A stretch of 53,568 nt of DNA. It comes from a virus. Lineage: Duplodnaviria > Heunggongvirae > Uroviricota > Caudoviricetes. Under the pieces are notes generated by a model that saw only the letters and a list, made by a program, of their open reading frames with translations, had not been told where the DNA came from and made no database searches. Every line of letters begins with the position of its first letter. Position 1 is the stretch's first letter. Location: the IMG/VR virus record IMGVR_UViG_3300048925_000677, positions 1-53,568 of that record; one strand, given 5' to 3'. Shown here piece by piece: positions 1 to 7,185 of the stretch. Position numbers and translations under genes: made by a program.

Positions 1-360
1 ATGACGACGACAATGGCGCCCGAACGAGCGGCGTACTCCCGCATGGTTCTTGACCACATTCTCGCGAATCCACACTTGCACGATCAGATGTCATTCGCGC
101 AAAACACGCCATGCGGCACGACGCACTGCATTGCCGGCTGGGCTGTCGAATTGAGTCCAGACGTTGATGTCCAGTGGTGTCCCGGTGGCGGTTGGATTCT
201 CCTCCATAAGGGCCATCAGGTGGGGCTGAAGAGAGTCGCCGAGAAGCTTCTAGGGTTGACGGCCGTAGATGCCCATCGCCTTTTTCTCGACGAGATGGAC
301 AACCAAGACGCGCTAGACCTTTTCCGCATGTGGATCGAAGAGGCTGAGGCTGCGGCGTGA
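1..360 (+). CDS. hypothetical phage protein with HCIAGW motif (possibly 5'-truncated by window edge)
   Basis: ORF 119 aa; GTTHCIAGWA resembles the HCAxGA motif of the paralogs at 46875-48053; GTGA overlap with next gene. Confidence 0.65.
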   Translation: MTTTMAPERAAYSRMVLDHILANPHLHDQMSFAQNTPCGTTHCIAGWAVELSPDVDVQWCPGGGWILLHKGHQVGLKRVAEKLLGLTAVDAHRLFLDEMDNQDALDLFRMWIEEAEAAA

Positions 361-719
361 AGCAGGTCATCGTCATGCGGACCGACCTGCGCAATGCCGA
401 AGGTCACAAGATCCGCACCGGCAAGCTCGTCGCCCAGGGCGCCCACGCCTCGACGCTGGTCGTCGCCAAGAACGTCTTCGATCCCCGGGTTATCGATTGG
501 CTCGAATCGGACTACACCAAGGTCACCCTGCAGGTGGGTAGCGAAGAGGAACTGCAAGAGGTTTATGCGCACGCCCGCAACGCCGGCTTGCTCGCCGAGT
601 TCGTCGTCGACAACGGCCGGACCGAGTTTGGCGGCGTACTCACGGCGACCTGCTGCGCCATCGGGCCTGACGAGGACGACCGGATCGACGCCGTCACTGG
701 GGATTTGAGGCCATTGTGA
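357..719 (+). CDS. pth2: peptidyl-tRNA hydrolase, Pth2 family
   Basis: KQVIVMRTDL..GKLVAQGAHA N-terminus, DNGRTEF, TCCAIGP..RIDAVTGDLRPL C-terminus are hallmark Pth2 motifs. Confidence 0.93.
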   Translation: MKQVIVMRTDLRNAEGHKIRTGKLVAQGAHASTLVVAKNVFDPRVIDWLESDYTKVTLQVGSEEELQEVYAHARNAGLLAEFVVDNGRTEFGGVLTATCCAIGPDEDDRIDAVTGDLRPL

Positions 720-889
720 TCTGGATTCTGGCTGGCGGCATTCCGCTCGTGCTCGGGTTTGGCTGGTTTCTCTGGCATCTCCGGCGGCGGGGCGAGTTGT
801 GGGAATTCCTCGGTGTCGTCGGGGGAACGCTCGCGGCTATCGCCTGCTTTGTGGCTTTCTGCTACGGCGTTCAGCAGGTGCATCGATGA
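716..889 (+). CDS. small two-TM membrane protein (57 aa, below ORF-track cutoff)
   Basis: Manual translation VIWILAGGIPLVLGFGWFLWHLRRRGELWEFLGVVGGTLAAIACFVAFCYGVQQVHR; GTGA/ATGA overlaps at both ends. Confidence 0.75.
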   Translation: MIWILAGGIPLVLGFGWFLWHLRRRGELWEFLGVVGGTLAAIACFVAFCYGVQQVHR

Positions 890-1551
890 CGCCCGAGGTG
901 CAACACGCTAAGCGATTCTTCTGGACGTGGCTCATCGGCGCGACGGTGGCGAGCGTCGCCGGCAACGTGGTGCACGCACTACTCGGTCACGCAGCGTCCC
1001 CCGCAGTCGCCGCGGCGGCGGCCATCGTGCCTCCCCTGGTCCTGCTCGGAGCCACGCACGGCGTGCACGCTTTGGTGCAATCGCAGGTCACGGGCCTCGC
1101 GTACCGGGCGGCCATGTGCATCACGGTACTTCTCGCCCTGTGCGCCTTCATCCTCTCCTTCGAGGCGTTGCGCGACTTGGCGATCACCCAAGCGGGTATC
1201 CCGCAGCCGATTGGATGGCTGTGGCCGCTCGCCATCGACCTGTCCATCACGGGCAGCACGATTGCCCTGCTCGCCCTCACGGGACGCGCAAGGGACCAGG
1301 TCGTGCCGGAGGTATTGCAGCAGGATGCACAGACAGACCCGAACATGCCCGTCGTAACGGAGCATGCGGTGCTCGCCGAGCGGATCGTCTCGGAGGGCGT
1401 GACGCGCATCGACCGCAAGAAGGTCGAGCTGGTGCTGGCCAAGCACTCCGAAGGGTGCAAGCCGTCGATGATCGCGCGCGAGGTCGGCGTCGGATACGAG
1501 ACGGTGCAGCGCATCACCGAGCACACCGAGCGTCTGGTGCTCTCGAAATGA
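886..1551 (+). CDS. DUF2637-like multi-TM membrane protein with C-terminal HTH
   Basis: Four hydrophobic segments (SVAGNVVHA, SFEALRDLA, WPLAIDL) followed by KPSMIAREVGVGYETVQRI helix-turn-helix; start reassigned to ATG 886. Confidence 0.75.
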   Translation: MTPEVQHAKRFFWTWLIGATVASVAGNVVHALLGHAASPAVAAAAAIVPPLVLLGATHGVHALVQSQVTGLAYRAAMCITVLLALCAFILSFEALRDLAITQAGIPQPIGWLWPLAIDLSITGSTIALLALTGRARDQVVPEVLQQDAQTDPNMPVVTEHAVLAERIVSEGVTRIDRKKVELVLAKHSEGCKPSMIAREVGVGYETVQRITEHTERLVLSK

Positions 1552-1772
1552 CCGCCCCCAAAGACGAGATCATCTGGCGGCGAACTCCGTCCAAGCAGGT
1601 GCACCTCGACTACGAGAGCACCTGCGGACGCTGGAAGATCCTTCACCCCAAGAACGCCCCCTCCAACCGCTGGGAGCTTTACGACGCCGTGGCATGCCAG
1701 TGGCATGGAGATTGGCGAGGGCTGGCCGCGGCGAAGCAACGGGCCTACCAACTGCAGAGGATGGGCAAATGA
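1548..1772 (+). CDS. hypothetical protein
   Basis: MTAPKDEIIW..., ATGA overlaps at both ends. Confidence 0.7.
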   Translation: MTAPKDEIIWRRTPSKQVHLDYESTCGRWKILHPKNAPSNRWELYDAVACQWHGDWRGLAAAKQRAYQLQRMGK

Positions 1773-1996
1773 TCCCGGTGGCCATAGATCACAAGACCTG
1801 CGGGCACGTCAACCACACCACCATCGACGCGAGCCGCCACGAGGAGATTCACACCGCGATGTTGACCTTCATGTCGCGGTGGTACTCGCAGGCGAACCAT
1901 GCCCGAGCGGCGGGTAATGAGGCAGTCGCCCTGGCGTACGAGGCAGTCATAGACGACTTCGCCGAGTCGATGCGCGGATTCGAGGTAGAGCAGTGA
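1769..1996 (+). CDS. hypothetical protein
   Basis: MIPVAIDHKTCGH..., coupled start/stop overlaps. Confidence 0.65.
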   Translation: MIPVAIDHKTCGHVNHTTIDASRHEEIHTAMLTFMSRWYSQANHARAAGNEAVALAYEAVIDDFAESMRGFEVEQ

Positions 1997-2268
1997 GGAT
2001 CGTCAACGACCCGAACTGGGACGCGGACACGGCGCGACTCCAAGATCAGAAGCGGCGCGAAACCGGCTACGGCTTCTGCGACTACGAGATGCGTGCCGTC
2101 GAAAGTGCCGGCGGATTCATCGAGCACGCAATCGACGCCCTCGGGTTCGAAGTCGAGCACTTCAACATGCAAGACAGCCAGGCTGTGTCCTGCTGCCGCT
2201 GCGGCGGGCTGTTCAAGGAGGAGTTGCAGTACATGCGTAAGCACCGTCTTGCATGCGGGTGGCTGTGA
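1993..2268 (+). CDS. hypothetical protein (CCRCG motif)
   Basis: ORF 91 aa, GTGA overlap. Confidence 0.65.
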   Translation: MRIVNDPNWDADTARLQDQKRRETGYGFCDYEMRAVESAGGFIEHAIDALGFEVEHFNMQDSQAVSCCRCGGLFKEELQYMRKHRLACGWL

Positions 2269-2468
2269 TGGACTCGGGCGAAACCAACTACAGCATCATG
2301 CGCGAGCGCTTGATCACCGGCGAGATGAGCGATCTCAATCAATGGATCGAGCACGAGCCGTCCAACGCCGACATCCTCAAGCTGCTGGACGCGCTCCACG
2401 CCGACATAACCGGCACGACCACGCCCGCGGTGGACCGCATCTTGACGGACAGGTGGTACAGCTCGTGA
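2265..2468 (+). CDS. hypothetical protein
   Basis: ORF in coupled series. Confidence 0.6.
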   Translation: MMDSGETNYSIMRERLITGEMSDLNQWIEHEPSNADILKLLDALHADITGTTTPAVDRILTDRWYSS

Positions 2469-2611
2469 CCCCAGGTGAGCATGCATCCCTGGCCGGCCTC
2501 CCCCGAGGCGAGAACGGCCATCTCATCCCCGGGCATACCACATGGGACATGCTCGGCCCCAAGGCGAAAGCGCGTTGGGAACGAATTACAGAGGCGGTAT
2601 CGAATGTCTGA
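2465..2611 (+). CDS. hypothetical protein
   Basis: GTGA overlap; ...TWDMLGPKAKARWERITEAVSNV. Confidence 0.55.
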   Translation: MTPGEHASLAGLPRGENGHLIPGHTTWDMLGPKAKARWERITEAVSNV

Positions 2612-3002
2612 AACGCGAGATGCTCTCGCCACCGCCCTCGCTGGGCACAAGATGTGGGAGAACGACGAGGGCGGCATAGCACACCAGCGCCGGGTTGGCT
2701 ACTGCTCCTGCAGGGCGTGGAGGGGTCGCCCTTCCGACTTCGAGGCGCACAAGGCGGACATCCTCCTGGCATTACCAGGAATCGCCATCGTGAAGCTGGC
2801 CAAGCCCACCGATGACGACATCGACGGTGACCAGTACTTCTCAGAAGGCTCGGCCGCGGGCAATGTCCTCGTCACCCCGGGCTCGGGGATTGTCGGCCAC
2901 GGCGACTGGGAGTGGACAGTCGAGCAGGCGATGGATGTTGGGCGGCAGTGGATCTCGGCCGCACTGGTCGCCGACCCGAATCGAACGGTGGCCAATGGAT
3001 AA
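2604..3002 (+). CDS. hypothetical protein
   Basis: MSETRDALATALAGHKMW...CSCRAW; start reassigned to 2604. Confidence 0.7.
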   Translation: MSETRDALATALAGHKMWENDEGGIAHQRRVGYCSCRAWRGRPSDFEAHKADILLALPGIAIVKLAKPTDDDIDGDQYFSEGSAAGNVLVTPGSGIVGHGDWEWTVEQAMDVGRQWISAALVADPNRTVANG

Positions 3003-3141
3003 CACCCCGAGGACGCCCGAAAGCATCATCCGCTCCGTGCTGCTCGGATGCAATGTCGCGGCACCTAAGACGACCCAGGAACAGATCATGGTCGCGCTCA
3101 AATCCGAAGGCTGGGAGATCAGGAGGCGCCGCGGTGAGTGA
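2995..3141 (+). CDS. hypothetical protein
   Basis: MDNTPRTPESIIRS...; overlaps upstream stop. Confidence 0.55.
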   Translation: MDNTPRTPESIIRSVLLGCNVAAPKTTQEQIMVALKSEGWEIRRRRGE

Positions 3142-3172
3142 ACCGAGACTCGACCGGGGCGAGGAGTAGACC

Positions 3173-3328
3173 GTGACAATCGAATCGATGATGGTCCTAC
3201 TGGCCATCCCCTCGCACCGCCGCGAAGAGTTCGCCCAGATCTTCAACTCGCAAGCGCGTGAGGACATGGACTCGGTCATGCGCGCGCGACTTGCCCGAAT
3301 CATCTGGGATGCGATGCGCAATGGCTAA
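3173..3328 (+). CDS. hypothetical protein (51 aa)
   Basis: GAGGAG SD then GTG; manual translation MTIESMMVLLAIPSHRREEFAQIF... Confidence 0.6.
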   Translation: MTIESMMVLLAIPSHRREEFAQIFNSQAREDMDSVMRARLARIIWDAMRNG

Positions 3329-3518
3329 CCAGCAAGCGGCGGCCTACAACAAAGCCGTTGACGCACACAACAAGACAGTCCACAGCTTCAACGCGCTCAG
3401 TCGGCAAACAACACAAGGGACGAGCGTTAAAGCCGCCCTCAGTGCCAGCATTCAGTTGATCAAGGAGTTGATCAGCGTCAACGATCTGATCCTCGACGCT
3501 CTCAAGGAGAAGCTGTGA
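3321..3518 (+). CDS. hypothetical coiled-coil protein
   Basis: MANQQAAAYNKAVDAHNK...; overlaps both neighbours. Confidence 0.6.
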   Translation: MANQQAAAYNKAVDAHNKTVHSFNALSRQTTQGTSVKAALSASIQLIKELISVNDLILDALKEKL

Positions 3519-3706
3519 ACGGGTGGAAGATCGGCCCCGACTACTTCCAGGTCCACGACGGCGATAAGTGGTACACCGCAAGCAAGATGGAGGGCGGGCT
3601 CTGGTTCGTGGTGAACCACCAAGGCCGCGCCATCAGGCAGGGCACCGAGATTCACCGCCGTGTGGTCGCCGCGGTCGACGAGTGGCTGAAGGAGCAGGCA
3701 GCGTGA
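3515..3706 (+). CDS. hypothetical protein
   Basis: ORF 63 aa, GTGA overlaps. Confidence 0.65.
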   Translation: MNGWKIGPDYFQVHDGDKWYTASKMEGGLWFVVNHQGRAIRQGTEIHRRVVAAVDEWLKEQAA

Positions 3707-3954
3707 GCGACCCCGCAGAGTGGGCGGCGACCCGGGTGGTAACCCAGATGGATATCGACGACCGGATCTATTACCACCACTTGCTCGATTCCGCTCGCGA
3801 AGCCCTGGCGCCGATCCGGGACGTCCTAGACAAACTCGCCGAAGACACGGTGCCACCCTGCGACATCGTCACCCGATATGTCTTATTCGAGAAGGCGATC
3901 AGCGACCTTTCCCCGCTGGTTTACGCGACCGAGGAATTGGAGCTGGGGCCATGA
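3703..3954 (+). CDS. hypothetical protein
   Basis: VSDPAEWAATRVV...; coupled overlaps. Confidence 0.65.
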   Translation: MSDPAEWAATRVVTQMDIDDRIYYHHLLDSAREALAPIRDVLDKLAEDTVPPCDIVTRYVLFEKAISDLSPLVYATEELELGP

Positions 3955-4325
3955 GCGACCCGGAGCCGGCCGAGGATTGGCGCGTGAACGTCTATTCAAA
4001 TATCGCGGGCAACACAGTCGAGGTGATCCACATTCCAACCGGGGTCAGGGGCATCTGCGGCGAATACAAGAGCCAACTCATGAACCAGCGCGAGGCGTTT
4101 GGGCGGGCGCAGGCCCTTATCGAAAGGGGCGTAATGCCCACCCTTGCGGAACTCACTGAGCACGAACTCGACCGCCAGGAATACAACTGCGCCGTCGCGA
4201 ACGGCCTGATCATCAAGGCTCGCCGCATCAACCGAGTCATGAAGGCACGCGAACGGAAGTGGGGCCTTGACGGAATTCAGTGCCACGCCATGCTCAAGGA
4301 GGCCCAGAAGTGCGCCTATGGGTAG
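3951..4325 (+). CDS. protein with N-terminal class-I release-factor (RF-1) domain-3-like segment lacking GGQ
   Basis: DWRVNVYS..NTVEVIHIPTGVRGICGEYKSQLMNQREA matches the RF pattern D.RID...(GGQ loop)..[29 protein letters not shown]. Confidence 0.6.
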   Translation: MSDPEPAEDWRVNVYSNIAGNTVEVIHIPTGVRGICGEYKSQLMNQREAFGRAQALIERGVMPTLAELTEHELDRQEYNCAVANGLIIKARRINRVMKARERKWGLDGIQCHAMLKEAQKCAYG

Positions 4326-4579
4326 ATGACCTCCGCCCGGCCCCCGAGGGGTGGTACTGGGCGAAAACTTCGGAACACGCCATAGAGATGCTCATTCTCG
4401 GACGGTCCGACATCACTGAGATGTCCCTCGATCACGATCTCGGCGGCGATGACACCACCCGCCCCATTGTTCTGTGGATGTGCGAGAACGAATCCTGGCC
4501 CACAACAGTCCACGTCCACACAGCGAATCCCGTTGGCCGCGAATGGCTTGAAGGAATGATTGAAAGGCACAAACCATGA
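4310..4579 (+). CDS. cyclic-phosphate-processing receiver-like (cREC) domain protein
   Basis: LWVDDLRPAP, SLDHDLG, HVHTANPVG motifs; AAGGAGG SD before GTG 4310. Confidence 0.8.
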   Translation: MRLWVDDLRPAPEGWYWAKTSEHAIEMLILGRSDITEMSLDHDLGGDDTTRPIVLWMCENESWPTTVHVHTANPVGREWLEGMIERHKP

Positions 4580-4764
4580 ACTGGATACTGACAATCCGCG
4601 CGATAGCCATCCTACTGTTCGTCGCGGCGTTCGTCGCACTCTGCGCGGCCGGCAACGAGGTCGACAATCATCATCCCCAGATGGCATGGCTGGGCGTCGG
4701 TGTGTCGGCGACCCTCGCGCTGTCCGGATGCATACTGGTCGGCGTCGGGTGGGGAAGATCATGA
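4576..4764 (+). CDS. small two-TM membrane protein
   Basis: Two hydrophobic stretches, ATGA overlaps. Confidence 0.7.
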   Translation: MNWILTIRAIAILLFVAAFVALCAAGNEVDNHHPQMAWLGVGVSATLALSGCILVGVGWGRS

Positions 4765-5057
4765 GTGACCCTGTAATCCCGGCCATCGCCGCCGGTAAGC
4801 CATCGGGCGATGGTCCGCCGCCCGTGAAGCTCGGTGACGTATTCAAGCCCATTGAACGCACCAGCACCGCCGATGAGTGGAACAAGGCCCGCGACCTCCT
4901 TGGTGAGCAGGTGCGCATCATGCTCGACCTCGAAGACGAACATGCTGTGGTTGAGGGTCGACTCCTGTCTGTATGCGAGGACGGCTCCTTCGTCGTCCTC
5001 GACGACATGGGCATGAAGCACTACTGCTGGCCCCTCCTGAAAGTGGTGAAATCATGA
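4761..5057 (+). CDS. hypothetical protein, possible Sm/SH3-like beta barrel
   Basis: LLGEQVRIML..VEGRLLSV..DGSFVVLDD pattern; start reassigned to 4761. Confidence 0.6.
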   Translation: MSDPVIPAIAAGKPSGDGPPPVKLGDVFKPIERTSTADEWNKARDLLGEQVRIMLDLEDEHAVVEGRLLSVCEDGSFVVLDDMGMKHYCWPLLKVVKS

Positions 5058-5287
5058 CGCTACGCATTGCGTGCGCCGCGGCGCTGGCGCTGCTGCTCGC
5101 TGGGTGCAGCAGCAACTCGGGTGCGCCGCAGTTGTCGAACTTCGAGCGGTTCGAACAGTCCTGCAAGGACATGAAGGGCTTCGTCGTTCGGGTCGAGCCG
5201 CCAGGATGGAACGACACCGGTCGCTACGACTGCATCGTCGACGGCAAGAAGGTGTACGTCCCCGACGCGACAGAGGTGCTTCAGTGA
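5054..5287 (+). CDS. small lipoprotein
   Basis: Signal peptide with lipobox LLAG-C. Confidence 0.75.
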   Translation: MTLRIACAAALALLLAGCSSNSGAPQLSNFERFEQSCKDMKGFVVRVEPPGWNDTGRYDCIVDGKKVYVPDATEVLQ

Positions 5288-6108
5288 CCCTTCGCATCGT
5301 GACGCATCGCAATTGGTTAGCTGAGCAGTTCAAGCAGCTCTCCAATGTCCACGTCGTTCAGGACTTCGGACTCGACTTCGACCCGGCAAACCTCGACGAC
5401 TACTGGTGGGCGCCGGGCGCGTGGGTGGCGCGCGCTCACAAGTCCGGAATGCGGCTGCCGCTAATGTCCTGCGGTGTCGACTGGCTACCCAACCTCCCTG
5501 AGGCGTACCGCGGCCGGAAGGTCCAGAACAAGCTGCTCGCCGAGATCTTCCCCGGCAAGACGCAGGCCACCTTCGCCAAGCTTCCCGAGGTCAAGCACGA
5601 CGGCGTCCCAGCTAAGGTCTACGGCGAGTGCTACCTGCGAGAAACGCTGAAGCAGTACAACCTGCCGGCGGAGACCATCTGGCAATTGCAGGAGCCGGTG
5701 GAATTTGTCACCGAGGCGCGTTTTTGGATTGCCCATCGGCATATCGTGGCGTTCAGCCCATATCGCCACCGTGACTGGGTGTGGGGCGCCGAGAATCGCC
5801 CGTTCCACCCCGTTTGGGATGCGCGGATGAGCAAGATGGCCCGGTTCCTTGACGGCATGCTGAGCAATATGAGCGTGAGACTGCCGCGGGGATGCGTTAT
5901 CGACGTGGGTATTACTGACGATGGCGACGAGATGGTCATCGAGGCGAACGCCGCATGGTCCTCCGGCCCGTACGACGGCGACCCCGCCGGCATCTTCGAG
6001 GCGATCAAGGCAAGCCACGATTTCGAGGGGAAATACCCTGAGTGGGCGTGGCGACATAGTCCTGTATTTGACAACGTCGCGCCGTTGAAGATCCGCCAGC
6101 GCCTGTGA
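5284..6108 (+). CDS. ATP-grasp domain protein, R2K/DUF4343-like
   Basis: FAKLPEVKH, QLQEPVEFVTEARFWI, VIDVG..MVIEANAAWSSGPY ATP-grasp motifs. Confidence 0.8.
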   Translation: MTLRIVTHRNWLAEQFKQLSNVHVVQDFGLDFDPANLDDYWWAPGAWVARAHKSGMRLPLMSCGVDWLPNLPEAYRGRKVQNKLLAEIFPGKTQATFAKLPEVKHDGVPAKVYGECYLRETLKQYNLPAETIWQLQEPVEFVTEARFWIAHRHIVAFSPYRHRDWVWGAENRPFHPVWDARMSKMARFLDGMLSNMSVRLPRGCVIDVGITDDGDEMVIEANAAWSSGPYDGDPAGIFEAIKASHDFEGKYPEWAWRHSPVFDNVAPLKIRQRL

Positions 6109-6294
6109 GACTCATTGTCCTGGCGCCGATCTCGTGTCCCGCGTGTCGACGTAAATTGACGTCCAGGTCAGCGTCCCCATTGTCCGTGAAGTGGTGTCAA
6201 AAATGCCGACACGCCGTGTCCTATGAATCCAGTGATCGCGGTTACACGTGATGTAGATTGCGGGAACTAGTTCCTTGCCTTGGGTAATTAGTTC

Positions 6295-6323
6295 TTGACA
6301 CCCTTATTGCTTGTCCCTATGTT
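6295..6323 (+). promoter_or_regulatory. SigA-type promoter upstream of lsr2
   Basis: TTGACA (6295-6300), 17 bp, TATGTT (6318-6323). Confidence 0.75.
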
Positions 6324-6343
6324 TGTCTTACCGGACAAACATA
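6318..6343. promoter_or_regulatory. 10-bp perfect inverted repeat overlapping the -10 box (candidate operator)
   Basis: TATGTTTGTC-ttaccg-GACAAACATA. Confidence 0.55.
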
Positions 6344-6363
6344 CGAAAAGGGGATGAGCGCTC

Positions 6364-6720
6364 ATGGCCAGTCGCACAGTCACAATCATCAACGACGACC
6401 TCGATAACACCGAGGGCGCGTCCACACGTGAATTCTCCATCGGCGGCCAGGCCTACACCATCGACCTCACCGACGCCAACTACGAGAAGATGCTCAAGGC
6501 GATGTCGAAGTACGTGCAGTTCGGCCGGAAGGTCGGGCCGCGGCGAGCCGGCCGAGGGCGCGCGCATCGGATTTCGAGGGCCCCGGAGAAGAGCGCCACG
6601 ACGGCGGAGATTCGCGACTGGGCGAACAAGAATGGCCACAACGTGAAGAACCGCGGGCGTGTGCCGGATGACGTCGTCGAGGCCTTCAACTCCGCCAACA
6701 GCACGCCCGCGGAAGTCTGA
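6364..6720 (+). CDS. lsr2: Lsr2 family nucleoid-associated protein
   Basis: N-terminal DDLD..F.I.G..Y.IDL dimerisation domain; C-terminal IRDWA..NG..V..RGRV DNA-binding domain. Confidence 0.95.
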   Translation: MASRTVTIINDDLDNTEGASTREFSIGGQAYTIDLTDANYEKMLKAMSKYVQFGRKVGPRRAGRGRAHRISRAPEKSATTAEIRDWANKNGHNVKNRGRVPDDVVEAFNSANSTPAEV

Positions 6721-6723
6721 CCG

Positions 6724-6885
6724 ATGAACAGTCTTGGTAACGTCCGGCGCTTCGCGAGGCTGATCGCCGTCACGGGCGCGCTGGTCGCCAACCAGGTGTC
6801 GGGCCAGTACTTAGCACATCAACAGGGCGAAGACGTAGAGCCCCCGACCGAAGATTTAGTCGTCGGAAAGTTCTACTATCTATAG
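6724..6885 (+). CDS. small hypothetical protein (53 aa)
   Basis: ATG 3 nt after lsr2 stop; MNSLGNVRRFARLIAVTGALVANQ...; hairpin follows. Confidence 0.5.
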   Translation: MNSLGNVRRFARLIAVTGALVANQVSGQYLAHQQGEDVEPPTEDLVVGKFYYL

Positions 6886-6889
6886 ACAG

Positions 6890-6940
6890 CCACCGGATGG
6901 AGGTTGGGCTTGTGTGGCAGCAATCCCCTCCATCCGGTGG
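6890..6940 (+). terminator. long stem-loop closing the lsr2 cassette
   Basis: 14-bp perfect IR CCACCGGATGGAGG / CCTCCATCCGGTGG; no U-tract. Confidence 0.6.
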
Positions 6941-7129
6941 CCTGTATGTTATCTGAGCTTCACAGCTCTTTGCCAATCTGGCTGGTCATCAGTGTTTTGA
7001 CCTGGAAAAACCACCACTGTAATTCCTTGCTCGATGGTGCGCCCCGCGCGTAGAGGAGCCTCCGCGCACGCACACGTTGGCAAACTTATCCCACCACCGG
7101 GAGTCTCCTCCCATGCCCAGGATCAGTTC

Positions 7130-7179
7130 GTCTCACTTTTGAGACATTCCTCTCGTTTGAGAGATTTCCGTGCTACCGT
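7130..7179 (+). promoter_or_regulatory. palindromic site GTCTCA-N4-TGAGAC plus extended -10 (leaderless promoter)
   Basis: GTCTCActttTGAGAC at 7130-7145; TGc-TACCGT at 7171-7179, ATG 6 nt later; same geometry at 46791-46840. Confidence 0.6.
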
Positions 7180-7185
7180 CGAAGC

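Noticed and set aside
6162-7006. Inverted 9-mer TGACCTGGA flanking the lsr2 cassette (6162-6170 and 6998-7006) as possible inversion or insertion ends
   Set aside because: Too short to exceed chance in GC-rich DNA; no recombinase in the window
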